64,000 nucleotides of DNA from Trichodelitschia bisporula (taxonomy: Eukaryota): positions 741,923 to 805,922 of the forward strand of contig ML996698.1 of NCBI GenBank assembly GCA_010356995.1, read 5' to 3'. Positions 24,136 through 36,215 of the stretch are shown here, piece by piece. Positions within the stretch are counted from its first letter, which is position 1. Every line of letters starts with the position of its first letter. The notes below the pieces were generated by a model. That model made no database searches and had not been told where the DNA came from. It saw nothing but the letters and a program-made list of their open reading frames with translations. The translations under genes were made by a program, and so were the position numbers.

Positions 24136-27100
24136 ATGTTCTCTCCAGACGCCTCCGTGCAGAGCGTTCACGGCGCGTCGGTTCGAAACCCGCGCCGTCG
24201 CCGCCGTGTTGATGATGGTCTGCGCCAGGATCCGCCGAAGCGAAGCAAGATCAGTAGTGATACTTATCAAGCCGTAGTTTCCAAGGAGAGCACTGCCGGA
24301 AAGTCCAACGGCCATGCGAAGGACGTTGACCGCGACGTTGCCGTCGCCATGCGCGACATGTCCGTCCGCGACAAGCGCCACGCGAGTACCACCTGGCGGC
24401 CGCCGAAGAGCGATGGGAGCGTCATACTGGTGTGTTTGTTAGACGGGAATTGCTTGCGTCGCGACTGCTGACAGTACACAGACGAAGAACGCGACTTACA
24501 CCGTCAAGCGGCTTCCAGCACTGCCTGAGCGGATGAAGACGATAGGTCAGCATGCGACAGCTTGTAAAGGCTCCTGCTAATGGTTCAAGGGGACTTCCGT
24601 GCTGCATTCCGGTCCACCCTCACAGCGCACCATGTTGTTGTTTCGACACAGGAATTGGTCTACATTTGGGACTACACCTCGCTCAACCCTTCGCCCATTC
24701 CGCGAATCCTCAACCTCCCAGAGTCCAAGCGGCTTGAGGCCCTTCCAATCGCAGCTCTCGTCACTACAACCTCGTCATCCGATATTGGCATAGTCATCGT
24801 ATTTCCTACCACGGGAAAGATCAAGTTCTGGGAAAATATCGACAGCGCCGAGTCGCTCAGTCTCTTCCAGCAGCGCCGCCAGGGTATCGACGGTTCCATC
24901 AAGCTCTACACTGGTGAGAGCATCACCCAAGTCATTGACATCAAGCACGCCGGTTTCATCCTGGTTTCCAGCAGCGGACGCCATGTGCATCTTACTATCC
25001 GGGACACTCAAGGTCGGCCGTCCATCAACACGTCGATACTGGGCAGCGATGGCACGAGCAAGGGCATGCTCGTGAACCTGTACCAAACATTCAAGGGCGG
25101 CTACAGGAGCACCGTGGTAGCCGTCCAGGCGCGGCCTTCGTCGACAAAGGGACACATGGAGGTCTTATCTGCCACCAATGAAGGCCACTTCAAGTCGTGG
25201 GAGGTCAGTTGGGCAGGTCATCATATGCCCACCGGAGATGTCGATATCAACGATGCGCTTGCCAAACACGAGCAAGGTCGTCATCTGAATACCGACCATA
25301 GCCTGCGCCTCCTTGACTTTATCATCATCGGTCCCGGAAAAGATGATCCTTCGAAGGGGCTTAGGGTTATGGCTCTCGTTGTTTACGATGAAGAGGGCGG
25401 AAAAGAATACGCGCTGCTCGAGCTCGATTTTAAAGCGGGCGTGGAGCTGGTGCGCATCATTCCCATAAATCACTACCAGCCCCAGACGGAGTACCCCGCG
25501 GGCAAGGTTTACGTGCCGGAGCCGGAACATACGGCGTTTGTTGTCTTCGAGAGAGAAGTCGTCGTTGTCTCCCTTGCAGCGCCGGCTACCAGTTCCCAGG
25601 GGTTCCAGGATGTGGTTCACTTCAAGCAGGAGGGCGCAACAGAGATTGTGGAGGGCGCTTTGGAGACCCTCGCTGTTCAGAACAAACACGAGCCCTCCAG
25701 CATCGTGCTCCTCACAAAGGGAGCCGGCGTCGTTCGTTTCATCGCACAACCTCCCCCAGCCCGCAAGGACGAGGAGCGGCAGCGCGTGACGGCGAAGAGC
25801 AAGTTTGAGCAAGCCATCTTCTTCGGATCGCAGCCTGGCACGATCCTCGAGTTCCGCCAATGCAAGCAGCCTCAGTTTCCCCAGGACGAAGTGGAGAAGG
25901 CGGCTCTCAGCATCAGCGAGGATATCCTGCAGACGGACAGCAGCGTTATGCCCGAGATTTCATCGTCCATGGATCAGCATTTGGGAATGCGTATCAAGGC
26001 CGCCCATGACCTGGTCGAGCACGTCAAGGCGAACTATCCGCAGCTGAAGCGCGATACGCGGTGGAGGCTGATGTGGAGCGCCGAGCGGTTGAAGTCGGCG
26101 CAGAGCCTGTGGCGCGTGTACGAGAAGTGGCTCGGTCTGCGGTTCAAGTCGGAGACGCCGCTGCTCATGCCGCAGATCATCGAGGTGATTCCTGAGTCCC
26201 AGAAGGCGAGGGCCAATCCGGCCCTCGGCCAGATCGACTCGTTCCGGCAGTGGTTCGTCAAGGACACAATGCGGCTGGACAAAATCATCCCCATTGCCTT
26301 ACTGGTGCTGCGCGACAGTGATAACAAGACATCGACGGCCGAGTACCTGGAGGATCTCAACGAAGTGCTAGATATGTATCTGGCGATCTTGGAGACGGCG
26401 CTGGAGTTCCGCGAGACCAATGCGCGTCCCTACGGTCTGGACGAAGAGGACATGACGGGAGGTCTGCTGAACGAGCCCTACCAAGGCCTCCCGGAGTTCT
26501 GGACTTCGCGCTCCAACGTCCTCAACTCGCTCACCGATATGGTCGGGCTCTTCACGGATCTCGGCAAGGAGCCAGAGCTGGCTGCGAACTCGCATTGGCA
26601 GGCTATGACCAAGGATCTCGGGCGCGTGGTCTGGCTCGTCTGTGTGCTGCACACGGAGCGCTATCGCTGGCTCCTCGCGCAGGAGGACGAGAGCACGCAA
26701 AACGCCGGCCGCAATCTCGAGGACCAGCTGATCAACGACATCCGCCCCAAGGAGCTCCTTGTTCTGGCGAGCCTCGGCCAGGGCCAGCAGGCCATGGCCC
26801 TGGCGGAGAAACTGGGCGACATCCACTCCCTCGTCAACATCCTGCTGCACGAGCTCGAAAGCTACGGCGGCATGACATCGACTCTAGCGCTAGACGCGGA
26901 GGCCGAGCAAACCCCCGAAGCCCAGGCCCTGTACACAAAGATCCACTCCTACTTCGCCAAATTCGGCCCGGCGTTCTCGCGCGTCTTCTACCAGACCCTG
27001 ATTGCAGCGGGGCATGTCGGCGCGCTGCTGGACAAGAAATTCGGCATCCAGGAGCAACTCTCCGCCTTCCTGCGCTCGAATCCCCACTACGCGAAGCTAG

Positions 27101-28212
27101 GCTTTATAAACGACGTTATCAACGACAGGAATATGCTCTCCGCCGCGCAATCGCTGCACACCGCCGCCGAGCACGAGGCGAACAACTGGTGCAAAACAGT
27201 GCAGTTGTCCACGGGGCACCTCGTCCTCCTCGCCGCCTCGTCCCCGGACACGCTCCGCCCCCTCCAAACCGCCAACGCCCACGCCCTCGCCCTCGCGCGC
27301 ATCCAGACCCGCTTAAGTAAAGCCCTGCACCCTGTCGTCACGACCTCCCTCGACGACGACTCCGCGCTAGACAACATCCTCGAGTCCCTAAGCGGCCCCC
27401 GCCCACGCCCCGCCCTGCACACCCTCCTCCGGCTCTCCCTCGCCGACCTCCTCAAACACCGCGCCCTCCCCGCCGATCTCCTCGCAGACACGCTCTCCCT
27501 GCTCGACGCGCGCGCCGCGTCTGCCGCCCTGGGCGCCTCGCCCTGGTTGCTCGCGCTCCAAGCGCTGCACCACGGGGATCTGTACGCGAAAGACGAGCAA
27601 GCGGCCGATGCACTCGCGCTGTGTGTGTGGAAACGCCTCTTTGTCGCCGATGATTGGGTCGGCGTTAATGCCACCCTCGGCCTCACGGACGCGGAGGTGC
27701 GCGGCCAGTTGCGCGCCACGGCGCTGTATGCCGCGCTCAAAGAGGGGTATGCGCAAGGTAGGCTCGGCTCTTTCCCCCATGAATTATATGGGGTCGCTCG
27801 CTAACGCTCGCTCCCAGGACTTTGGCTCACACACCCCGCCTTCGCCCTCCCGCTCCCTCCCGCCGCGCTGGGGGCGGGAAGCACAGCTGCGAGCCTCATG
27901 CCCCGTTTCAGCGGGACCGATCTCGCGAAACCCATGGCGGGGGATAATGCAAAGGACGACGCGAGACTAAGGGATGCGATTGCGCAGGGGAGGCTGCCGC
28001 ATTGGTATGCTGAGGTTGTGAGGTTGGCGGAGGAGGGGGCGGAGTATGAGGCGGTGGAGAGAGGGGTGTTGGAGAGGGAGTATGCGGCGTGGGTGGGGGG
28101 GTTTGAGCATCCGGATTTGATTAGGCCTGGGGGGGGGGTTGGGGTGAATGGGACTGGGGGAGGTGTGGCGGGGGAGGAGGATGGGGATGGGGATGTTGAG
28201 ATGGAGGGGTAG
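24136..28212 (+). CDS. NUP133: Nucleoporin Nup133 (N-terminal beta-propeller plus alpha-solenoid)
   Basis: MFSP...RNPRRRRR N-terminus, YTVKRLPALP, VYIWDY, TTGKIKFWENI, AKSKFEQAIFFG, YAKLGFINDV, VWKRLFVADDW. Introns 24430-24481, 24546-24589 and 27758-27817. Confidence 0.93.
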
Positions 28213-28701
28213 TGTGCTGGTGTAAAAGCGGGCGTTTTTGAGGGGTGGTTGTTCGGCTTGTATGAGCGGCGGAGGCTCGCGAGCTTGTTGCTTAATATCC
28301 CGGGGAACACATGCGAGGGCGCCTGATGGCGGTTGCTCGGGTTTAAACTGTAGAATGTCTTGCGGGCTTAGTATGCCTCGTCGCGTCCAATATCTTCCAC
28401 ATAACTATGCGGCCTCGAGACCCTCGAGGCCAAGCACCTCTTTGAACAAAAGTAACAAAACAAGAGCACAGCAATCCCAATATCCACACACATTATTCAT
28501 TCATTATTCACTCATCCAGCGTATCAAATCGCTATGCATCATGAATGTATCCGCCCATACCCGTCTAAAGTAATTCCACCATCGCCCTTTTTTTATCCCA
28601 CCCAGCGCCACCGCCGCCGCCAAAAAAAAAAGCCAAAAGAACGCCATGTCGCTCATGCAAAACGCAAGTAAACCGACCATCCCGACCCCACGAAAAATTG
28701 C

Positions 28702-30246
28702 TCAAATCAGACCCCATAACGTGACACCCAGAACCGCAGCAGCACCCCACCACCCAGGCGCCACTTTCCCCCCTCCGCTCGCCGCAGCCGCCGTCGCCTC
28801 CCCGCTCGCATTAGTACTTGCTGTCGCAGTACTCGCCGTCGCGGTATTAGACTGCTCGTGCGCAGTCCACGAGTTGGTGGCGTGGGAAGATGCATCCGCT
28901 TTAGCGGATGCAGACGTTCCTGGTCCCGACGTTAGCGTTGTTGCCGACGAGCCCGTCTGCTGGGCGTGCACCACGGCATTAGGAGTTACCGGGCCCGAGT
29001 CGGCCACCGACGCCTTTGCTGTTTCAGGCAGAACCATGGACGTCGGGGCCGGGGGCGAGGCGGGATCCGAGGCCGGGATGGGGGATGACATACCGGTAGC
29101 CGTGTCCTTGAGCGCGGCGAAGCCGACCCTTCCCCCGTCGTAATCGAACGCCGCGTACACGTTCTTCAGAAACACGTCGCCGACGAGCCACTTCGAGTCG
29201 CCGAACGGGGTGCCAGTGACCAGTCTGCTGCGGCAGTCGGGTGAGCCCTTCTCCAGCGGGTCGCCGACGAAGTCCTTGGCGAGGATATTCCATTTCGTGT
29301 CCCCGAATTGGATCCAGAGCGGCTTTGACGTTGAGCATGGCAGCTGGTAGTATGAATCGTCGATGGCCTTTGCGCCGAGGATGAGGGCGTGGATTGCTGC
29401 TGAATCGCTCGCTGACATGAAGATGTAGCTCGTGCCCGAGTCGATGATGGCCGTGCGTGCACCGCTCAGTGATGCCGCCTTGGAATCCACGCCGATGCCT
29501 CCCGCTGCGATCTCCCAGAAGCCACGGTCGTTCGCCACGACAGGCACATACTTGAGGTCGCCATCGAACCGGCTCTTGTCCACGTCGCCAAACAGGACCT
29601 CGCCGTCGTTAGGCCCGTCCCCGGCCCGCGCAATTGCAAGACCGAAAAGCTTCTTCGGGATGGACTTTTGCGCAACGAGGGTTTCGACGATGTTGGCGGC
29701 CGGGATGGTGCGAGCTGATTGTGCCGGCCCGTACGACATTGCCAAGATGCCGTCAATGGCAAAGGACAGGAAGTCATCCGAGACCTTGTTCGCAAGCCCG
29801 AACGTCATCGGCACCGACAACCCGGGACCCAGGCGCATGGTGTCGGACGCCTGTACCCCAGAGACGGAGCCCGTGCCGTATGTTATAGAGAACGGGTCCT
29901 TTGTGGTTTTAAGGCTGGTCGAGTCGAGGGTGTTATGCACACCACACGCCTGCGAGGTGCAGGCCGACCCCATGGCCCAAGTATTTGTCGCGGCCGTGTC
30001 GAGGAGAAGGTAGAAGGACTTTTTGCTTGTGCCGATGTTGACGACGGCGAAGTATGTCATGTCATTGCCGTCTTGTGCGATGCCGGCCGAATTGGCCTCG
30101 CTGGGAGTAGTGGACTCCAAGACATTGAAGGTGTTGTCCCGCTTGACATGGGCACTTCGGCGGTGGAGGGAGAGACGCAGTGGTGGGGGCGCTTGCGGGG
30201 CGGCGAGGACGAGGGAGACGAGAGGTGCTAGCCAGAACGGACGCAT
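28702..30246 (-). CDS. Secreted A1 aspartic endopeptidase, probably GPI-anchored (CtsD-like)
   Basis: Signal peptide, catalytic LLDTAA and IIDSGTS, flap YGTGSV, WLVGDVFLKNVYAAFD, Ser/Thr/Ala-rich stalk and hydrophobic C-terminus. Intronless. Confidence 0.95.
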   Translation of the reverse strand: MRPFWLAPLVSLVLAAPQAPPPLRLSLHRRSAHVKRDNTFNVLESTTPSEANSAGIAQDGNDMTYFAVVNIGTSKKSFYLLLDTAATNTWAMGSACTSQACGVHNTLDSTSLKTTKDPFSITYGTGSVSGVQASDTMRLGPGLSVPMTFGLANKVSDDFLSFAIDGILAMSYGPAQSARTIPAANIVETLVAQKSIPKKLFGLAIARAGDGPNDGEVLFGDVDKSRFDGDLKYVPVVANDRGFWEIAAGGIGVDSKAASLSGARTAIIDSGTSYIFMSASDSAAIHALILGAKAIDDSYYQLPCSTSKPLWIQFGDTKWNILAKDFVGDPLEKGSPDCRSRLVTGTPFGDSKWLVGDVFLKNVYAAFDYDGGRVGFAALKDTATGMSSPIPASDPASPPAPTSMVLPETAKASVADSGPVTPNAVVHAQQTGSSATTLTSGPGTSASAKADASSHATNSWTAHEQSNTATASTATASTNASGEATAAAASGGGKVAPGWWGAAAVLGVTLWGLI

Positions 30247-31948
30247 CGTGACTGAGGTGCCGTGTGAAAGTGCGGGGGGGGCCGAGTGCTGGCAGTTAAG
30301 CAGACCCAGACGCCGCGCTCGTCACTTGTCGTCACTTATCGTCACTTGCCCGTTCCGGACGAATGCAGCTAGAAGATGGTGCAGAACGGACGGATGTCCT
30401 CGTGGGGGTGTACGACCGACCGTCGTACAAATTGCTTCCGATTAGTTAGTCGTGCAGGTGTGAAAGGTGAGGCTTTTGGGTTCGGTGAGGGAGAAAGCCG
30501 TGATGGCATGAGATGGAGGTTTACAAGCCAAGTAGGAGGAAAGGAAGGCGCAATTGTGTTCCCCGCCATGTGTGTTATATTCCTCGGCCGAGTGGGTGGC
30601 AGGAGCCGCCACCACACAAGGCTCTGCAAAGACAAGTCGTCGATTCCGGATCAGGGAGAAGCGGGTTGCGCTTGCATTCATTCACGAACAGGGAAGGCGC
30701 GGGGTGGGGCTGATACAGGGATAGACGGGACGAGAGAGGCAGGAACCAGGGGCCAGGGTCAGCACGCGGGGGTGCTTGGAGAGGAAAGAGCTGGCCTTAT
30801 GGCCAATCAGAACAGGGATCAGCGAACAGCCACCCCACTTTTCCCATTCGATCCTTCCCCTCTTCCCGCTGAGGTTGAAACAGGGGTGGTGGGGCGCCCT
30901 GCACATCACACATGACATAAGCGGAGCTTAAGCAGGAGCGAGGGAGCAAGGAGAGTCGAGGCACTTTTCCTTTTGACGCTTGAGAACTGGAACCAGAACC
31001 ATTGTGAACAGAGTTGCAGAGTTGCATCGCTTCATGCATCAAGTCTCTCCTCCCTTCGACCTCACCGAGTCGCAATCCCTCGCCGTACAGCACTGGCGGC
31101 ACTAGCTGCACGCAGTGTTGGTGGCAGAAGATGTCAGCGGCTGCTGAATGCGGCGTCTATCAAGAGGGCGTCTACTCACACTGACGCCGTTTGCAGATCT
31201 GTGGGAAGAGCTGGAAGCCGATCTTGGCGTCGATGCATCCTGCACTGATGCCTTGCGCACTTGTCCGGCTGCCTCAGGCTGCAAGCCTCATCCGAAACCG
31301 GCCCGTTCTTGTGTGGTTGTCGGATTTTAGCGGTGGTTGACTAGGAAGAAGGTTACGCATCGGTTCCACTCACAAATGCTCCCCTTCTGGAATTGCCGCA
31401 TATGGGGGAAGCCATAGTATGGGTACTAATTATGGCCACTAGTCACCAGACAAGACCCTGGCCTACCCGTCATGCGTCGCAACCCCGGCCCGAGCGAGCC
31501 TTGCCCGAGGGTTACCCTACCCACACCCGCGATATCGGGACCGCGGACCTTCCGATTCGAAGCATCCGCTTCGTTCGCTTCGTTATCACCTGCGTATCCT
31601 CTTTATTTGGATAAGGCGATCAAATGAACATCATCAAATATTGCTGCGCTGCCGAAAATCTAGCCCATATCAGCTCTCCACCAACCATCAGCCGCGTACC
31701 CGAAACCCAAGACTCGTAAACCAACCCTTCTAGCCCTTCGTTTCACGAATACAGCCCGCTAAGCCCCCTGCCCCATACCTCCCCTCTCTCATCTATCCCC
31801 CATCGCCCAATCTCGCTCTCCAACTCTCCGCCTACCTATCTGTAGATTACGCCCTATCTCATCAATCTCACGAAGCAACGCGCTCGAGCCCCCTCATCGC
31901 ACCCTATAGCCGCGGCCTTCCCAGCGACCATGTCTCCATCCCCACACA

Positions 31949-33499
31949 ATGCACCTTCCAGTCCTTCTTCTCAGCGCTCTCCTCACAAGTGCTGTCGCAC
32001 AACGGCCCGGCCGCCCACCATGGCGCGACGGACCTGGGCACGACGGACCTGGGCGCCCGCGCCCAGACGACGATGGCGAGCACCTCCCGAATAGCTACAT
32101 CATCCGCTTCGCCCCCGACACGCCCGCCCCCATACGCCGCGCTCATGTCGCTTGGATAGAATCCCTCGAACGCCTCGGGCCGAATGATACCCTCGCGCGT
32201 GGCCTGCGCCATGAATTCAGCCTCGCATTCAAGGGCTACAGCGCGGCGCTGGATGAGGTCACGCTCCGGGTTATCCGCAGCAAACCCGAAGTTGCGGATG
32301 TCAGCCGTGTGGGCGTCAGCATTGCCCCAGGCGAGTTCCTGACCCCGGCGCCCGGGCCGCCCGGGTCTGAGGAGGCGGATCCGCGGCTGGAGGGGAATGT
32401 CACGGTGAGGGTGGCGGGGGATACGATTATGCCAGGCGCGGTGACGACGGTGGCGAATAGGGGGTGGAATGCGAATCGTGTTTCGCACCGCACGTTTAAG
32501 ACGGGGTATGGGAATGGGCCGTGGATGCATAATGGGTACTTGGGGCAGGGCGCGACGGTATACGTCCTCGACACGGGGGTCAACATCCGGCAACCGGGCT
32601 TCGCGGGCTCGGACGTCTCGCAGGCTAAGAACTTTGTCCGCGGGTCCAAGAACGAGGATATCAATGGGCACGGGACGATGTGCGCTGGCGTCATTGGCGG
32701 CACGTACAACGGCCTAGCGCCCAAGGCCAAGCTCGTGGGGATCAAGATCGCGAACGACGAGGACCGCGCTGCGTGCGACGACACCGTCGCCGGCATCGAG
32801 TGGGTCGTCAATGCGCCGGGTAATAACAACTTGAAAGTCATTTCGCTGTCGCAGACCGGCTTCACGGGCCGGCCGGACGTGAGTTCCGCGGTCGCGGCTG
32901 CGGTACGCGAGGGCGTGCACGTCGTCGTGTGCGCCGGCAACAAGGACGTCGACGCGTGCGGCGTCGAACCTTCCAACGCCCACGGCGCCATTGTCGTGGG
33001 CTCCGTCGACGCGTTTAATAAACTGCCCACCATGCAGACGTCCCTCGAGGGCACGAATCGCGGGCGCTGCGTCACGATTTTCGCCCCTGGGAGTCGGGTC
33101 CCCACGCTTAGTACCAAGAACCTGTCCCCCGAGTATCATTACTGGGGGTGGGGGACGAGTATTGCGGCGCCGCAGGTGGCGGCGCTGATTGCGAATCGGT
33201 TGTCGGAGGTTGGGCCGCTGCAGCCGGGAGAGGTGAGAAAGTGGTTGCAGGCTTTGGGGACGCCGGGGCAGATTACGGGTGACCTAAGGGGGGCGCCGAA
33301 TTTGATTGCGTTTAGTGGGGTGGGGGAGAAGGGGGAGGTTACGACTGCGGCGCCCAAGGGGGGGCCGGGGATGGGGGCGCCGGGGATGGGGCCGAAGGGC
33401 GGGCTGCCGAAGGGCGGGCTGCCGAAGGGCGGGCCGAAGGGCGGGAAGGACGGCGAGGACGAGGAGGAGCGGAAGCGTGTGGGGAGGACGAAGGTTTAG
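31949..33499 (+). CDS. Secreted subtilisin-like (S8, proteinase K-type) serine protease with I9 propeptide
   Basis: Signal peptide, PNSYIIRF...FKGYSA propeptide, catalytic triad VYVLDTG / HGTMCAG / GTSIAAP, oxyanion AGN, and a Gly/Pro/Lys-repeat C-terminal tail. Intronless. Confidence 0.96.
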   Translation: MHLPVLLLSALLTSAVAQRPGRPPWRDGPGHDGPGRPRPDDDGEHLPNSYIIRFAPDTPAPIRRAHVAWIESLERLGPNDTLARGLRHEFSLAFKGYSAALDEVTLRVIRSKPEVADVSRVGVSIAPGEFLTPAPGPPGSEEADPRLEGNVTVRVAGDTIMPGAVTTVANRGWNANRVSHRTFKTGYGNGPWMHNGYLGQGATVYVLDTGVNIRQPGFAGSDVSQAKNFVRGSKNEDINGHGTMCAGVIGGTYNGLAPKAKLVGIKIANDEDRAACDDTVAGIEWVVNAPGNNNLKVISLSQTGFTGRPDVSSAVAAAVREGVHVVVCAGNKDVDACGVEPSNAHGAIVVGSVDAFNKLPTMQTSLEGTNRGRCVTIFAPGSRVPTLSTKNLSPEYHYWGWGTSIAAPQVAALIANRLSEVGPLQPGEVRKWLQALGTPGQITGDLRGAPNLIAFSGVGEKGEVTTAAPKGGPGMGAPGMGPKGGLPKGGLPKGGPKGGKDGEDEEERKRVGRTKV

Positions 33500-33600
33500 A
33501 TGGCTACGATAGTGGCGTGTGGTGTTTTCGTGTACATACTGTATTCTGTAGTGTAAATCGTGCGCTTCTCATTCCTCAACCGACCGTAGCGTATCCGTGA

Positions 33601-33840
33601 TGTGGTCATGGAAGGAGCATCCTTATATAAGCAGGGACATGATGCAATGCTCGTATGATGGAAGGAAGGAGGCAAAGGAGAAATACCTGATGCGGTTATG
33701 GAAGGAGCATTCTTATGTCATCAAGGGATATGATGTAAGGTGTATATCAAGGGAAGGAGCGTTCAAGGACATGGTGTACTTATACCTCGAGAGTCTCTCT
33801 GACTCTTCTCCTCTCCTCGTCTTTTATCAGCTCTTTCACA
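33601..33840 (+). mobile_element. Degenerate dispersed repeat, solo-LTR/MITE-like, copy 1
   Basis: Shares GTATGATGGAAGGAAGG (33653-33669) and ATACCTCGAGAGTCTCT (33782-33798) with 39650-39805. The ATGGAAGGAGCAT unit is duplicated internally, and the ends are TGTG...CACA. Confidence 0.55.
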
Positions 33841-34733
33841 ATCACCATATTGTACACACGGGCCAGTGAGCCCTGTGCTACAACAATACCTGGCATCGTG
33901 TATTCAAACCTCCAGATCTTCAATTCACACAGATTGTTCTTTCCTGTACACGAGCCCTGCGCCTATCAATCCGCCAGGTCGATCCGGTGATGAGTAGAGT
34001 AACTGGCCTTGCTGCCCAGCCCGTACAGCCGGGTTTCCATCCGGCGCGGCCCGACCTCGCCGCAAACCGCGGGGAAGGAACGAGCAACGACCCCTGGCTA
34101 TGATCACCCATCTTATCGCAATCTGCTCAAAATCGGCATCTCCGCGGCATCTCCACATCGGCATCTATGCACGCCGACGCCGCGCTTGCATATCCGGATG
34201 TCCGTCATCGGGAACCAATCACAGCTAGCACGGGGATCGGGCCGTGAGTAATCAGCCTCGCGACTCGTCTCGGCGGGAGCCATCTCCGCGGGGCAGACGG
34301 TGGAGATGCTGTATACGCCACTGTCCTCGCCGTAATTGACGTTGTCTCCACACGATGCTAGCAGCATAGCGCGTCATGACTGAGCGGCGCGCATCCCTTA
34401 ACTGACTGGTTTGGGATGCCCCACTGCCGCCACCGCCGCCGCCGCTCGCTAGCATGCTCGCGAGCTCGCCCTCCGCGGAGAACAGCCCCACGCGGGCCGC
34501 TGCGGCATCTCCGCTGAGATGGAGATGTCGCTTACTGGTCTGGCAAGGCTGGATGTTGTAATCGGGTTGGCGCCGGGAGGAGCGGGTTGGGCGGTAAGGC
34601 TGAGACTAACAGAGGAGACGGAGCGGGTATATAAGGCGGAGAGGAGGAAAGGGGAGTTCCGCATCGAGCATCTTCAGTACCGCAGCATCACAACATCGAA
34701 CGAGCACTCAATCTAAACACCATCACTTCAACA

Positions 34734-35666
34734 ATGGCCACCATCGACCTCCCCGCAACCGTCCCCACCATCCTCCAGCCTTCCCCGGATTCTGACAAAC
34801 TGATTTTGACGTCTCTCCCGCCTCCAACTCCAGACGAAGTCAACACCCACCTCCTCCGCATCCTTGCAACAGCCCCCTGCCCCGGCGAACTAACCTGGGC
34901 ATCCGCCTTCCCCACCGCCGTCTTCCCCCCCGGGCAGGACAGCACCACCCGCCCCCTAGTCCCGGGCCCGGATCTCGTGGGCATCGTCCTGAGCTCCCCG
35001 GCGGATTCCAAGTTTCAGCCCGGGACTAGGGTTTTTTCTCGCACCCCCGCCTTGCGGCCGGGGAATGCGCGGAAATATGCGACAGCGCCGGAACATGAGT
35101 TGGCGGCTGTGCCGGAGGGACTGAGTGATGAGATGGCGGTGGCTACGCCGATGGGGGCGGAGACGGGGTGGCAGGGGCTTTTTGTGCACGGGGGACTGGC
35201 GCCGCCCATGGAGAGCGATGCAGAGGCCAGGAATAAGGACAGGAGCGTTTTTGTGACTGGTGCGAGTGGCGCGGTGGGGGGGTGGGCTGTCCAGCTTGCG
35301 CGGGCGGTGGGGGTGGGCCGTATCGTCGGGGTGTGCAGCGGGGCGAATGTGGACTTCGTGAAAGGACTGGGGGCTACGGAAGTTATTGATTACCGCGCCA
35401 CGAGTGTAGCCGACTGGGTAGCTTCGGGAGGGGGGAAGGTCGACCTCGTGCTGGACTGTGTGGGCGGGGCCATGCTTTCGCAGAGCTGGCATGCGGTGCG
35501 GCAGGGGGGGCGGGTTGTGAGTATCGTTGGGGATCCCGAGGGTGTGCGGCCGGAGGGGGTGGGAGTGGGTGCTGAGGGGTGCTTTTTTATAATGGAGAGT
35601 GTGGGGGGGCAGTTGGAGGAGGTGGCGCGGTTGATTGAGCGTGGTGTTGTGAGGCCGGTTGTGGAT
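34734..35666 (+). CDS. Medium-chain NAD(P)-dependent oxidoreductase (zinc-independent MDR / enoyl-reductase-like); 3' end lost in gap
   Basis: VPGPDLVGIV GroES-like segment, TGWQGLF, VFVTGASGAVGGWAVQLA Rossmann motif, VDLVLDCVGG and VVRPVVD running into the Ns. Confidence 0.92.
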
Positions 35667-35901
35667 NNNNNNNNNNNNNNNNNNNNNNNNNNNNNNNNNN
35701 NNNNNNNNNNNNNNNNNNNNNNNNNNNNNNNNNNNNNNNNNNNNNNNNNNNNNNNNNNNNNNNNNNNNNNNNNNNNNNNNNNNNNNNNNNNNNNNNNNNN
35801 NNNNNNNNNNNNNNNNNNNNNNNNNNNNNNNNNNNNNNNNNNNNNNNNNNNNNNNNNNNNNNNNNNNNNNNNNNNNNNNNNNNNNNNNNNNNNNNNNNNN
35901 N
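35667..35901. other. Assembly gap (235 N)
   Basis: Run of N characters. Confidence 1.
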
Positions 35902-36215
35902 CTACGATGGGACGGGGCGGAGGGTGGGAAGGTATACTGTACTGTGCGCGTTGGGGATTGAAGGGGTGACGAGGAAGTATCAGAGACAGGCAATTCATCG
36001 ACCGTACACATACCGCGCGGTACTTTATCGACATTGTATTATACTCACCACCGTTCGTGAAACACAGACCATACTAGAACTAACCATCTCGCAAAACCGC
36101 AAAACGACTGTGCCTCCAGCAGACCATCATCAACGCCCGCAACCCAACCTCCATCAATCATGCCTTCAATCACACCCTCCCCCCATCTTCCATCCCCCCT
36201 CCCCGAATCCACCCC

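Noticed and set aside
28702..35666. Secondary-metabolite or RiPP cluster (proteases plus oxidoreductase)
   Set aside because: No PKS, NRPS, terpene synthase, DUF3328 protein or KR-repeat precursor peptide in the window.
35902..36034. ORF-track proteins spanning the N gap
   Set aside because: Artefacts of translating through Ns; the true MDR stop probably lies within the gap.
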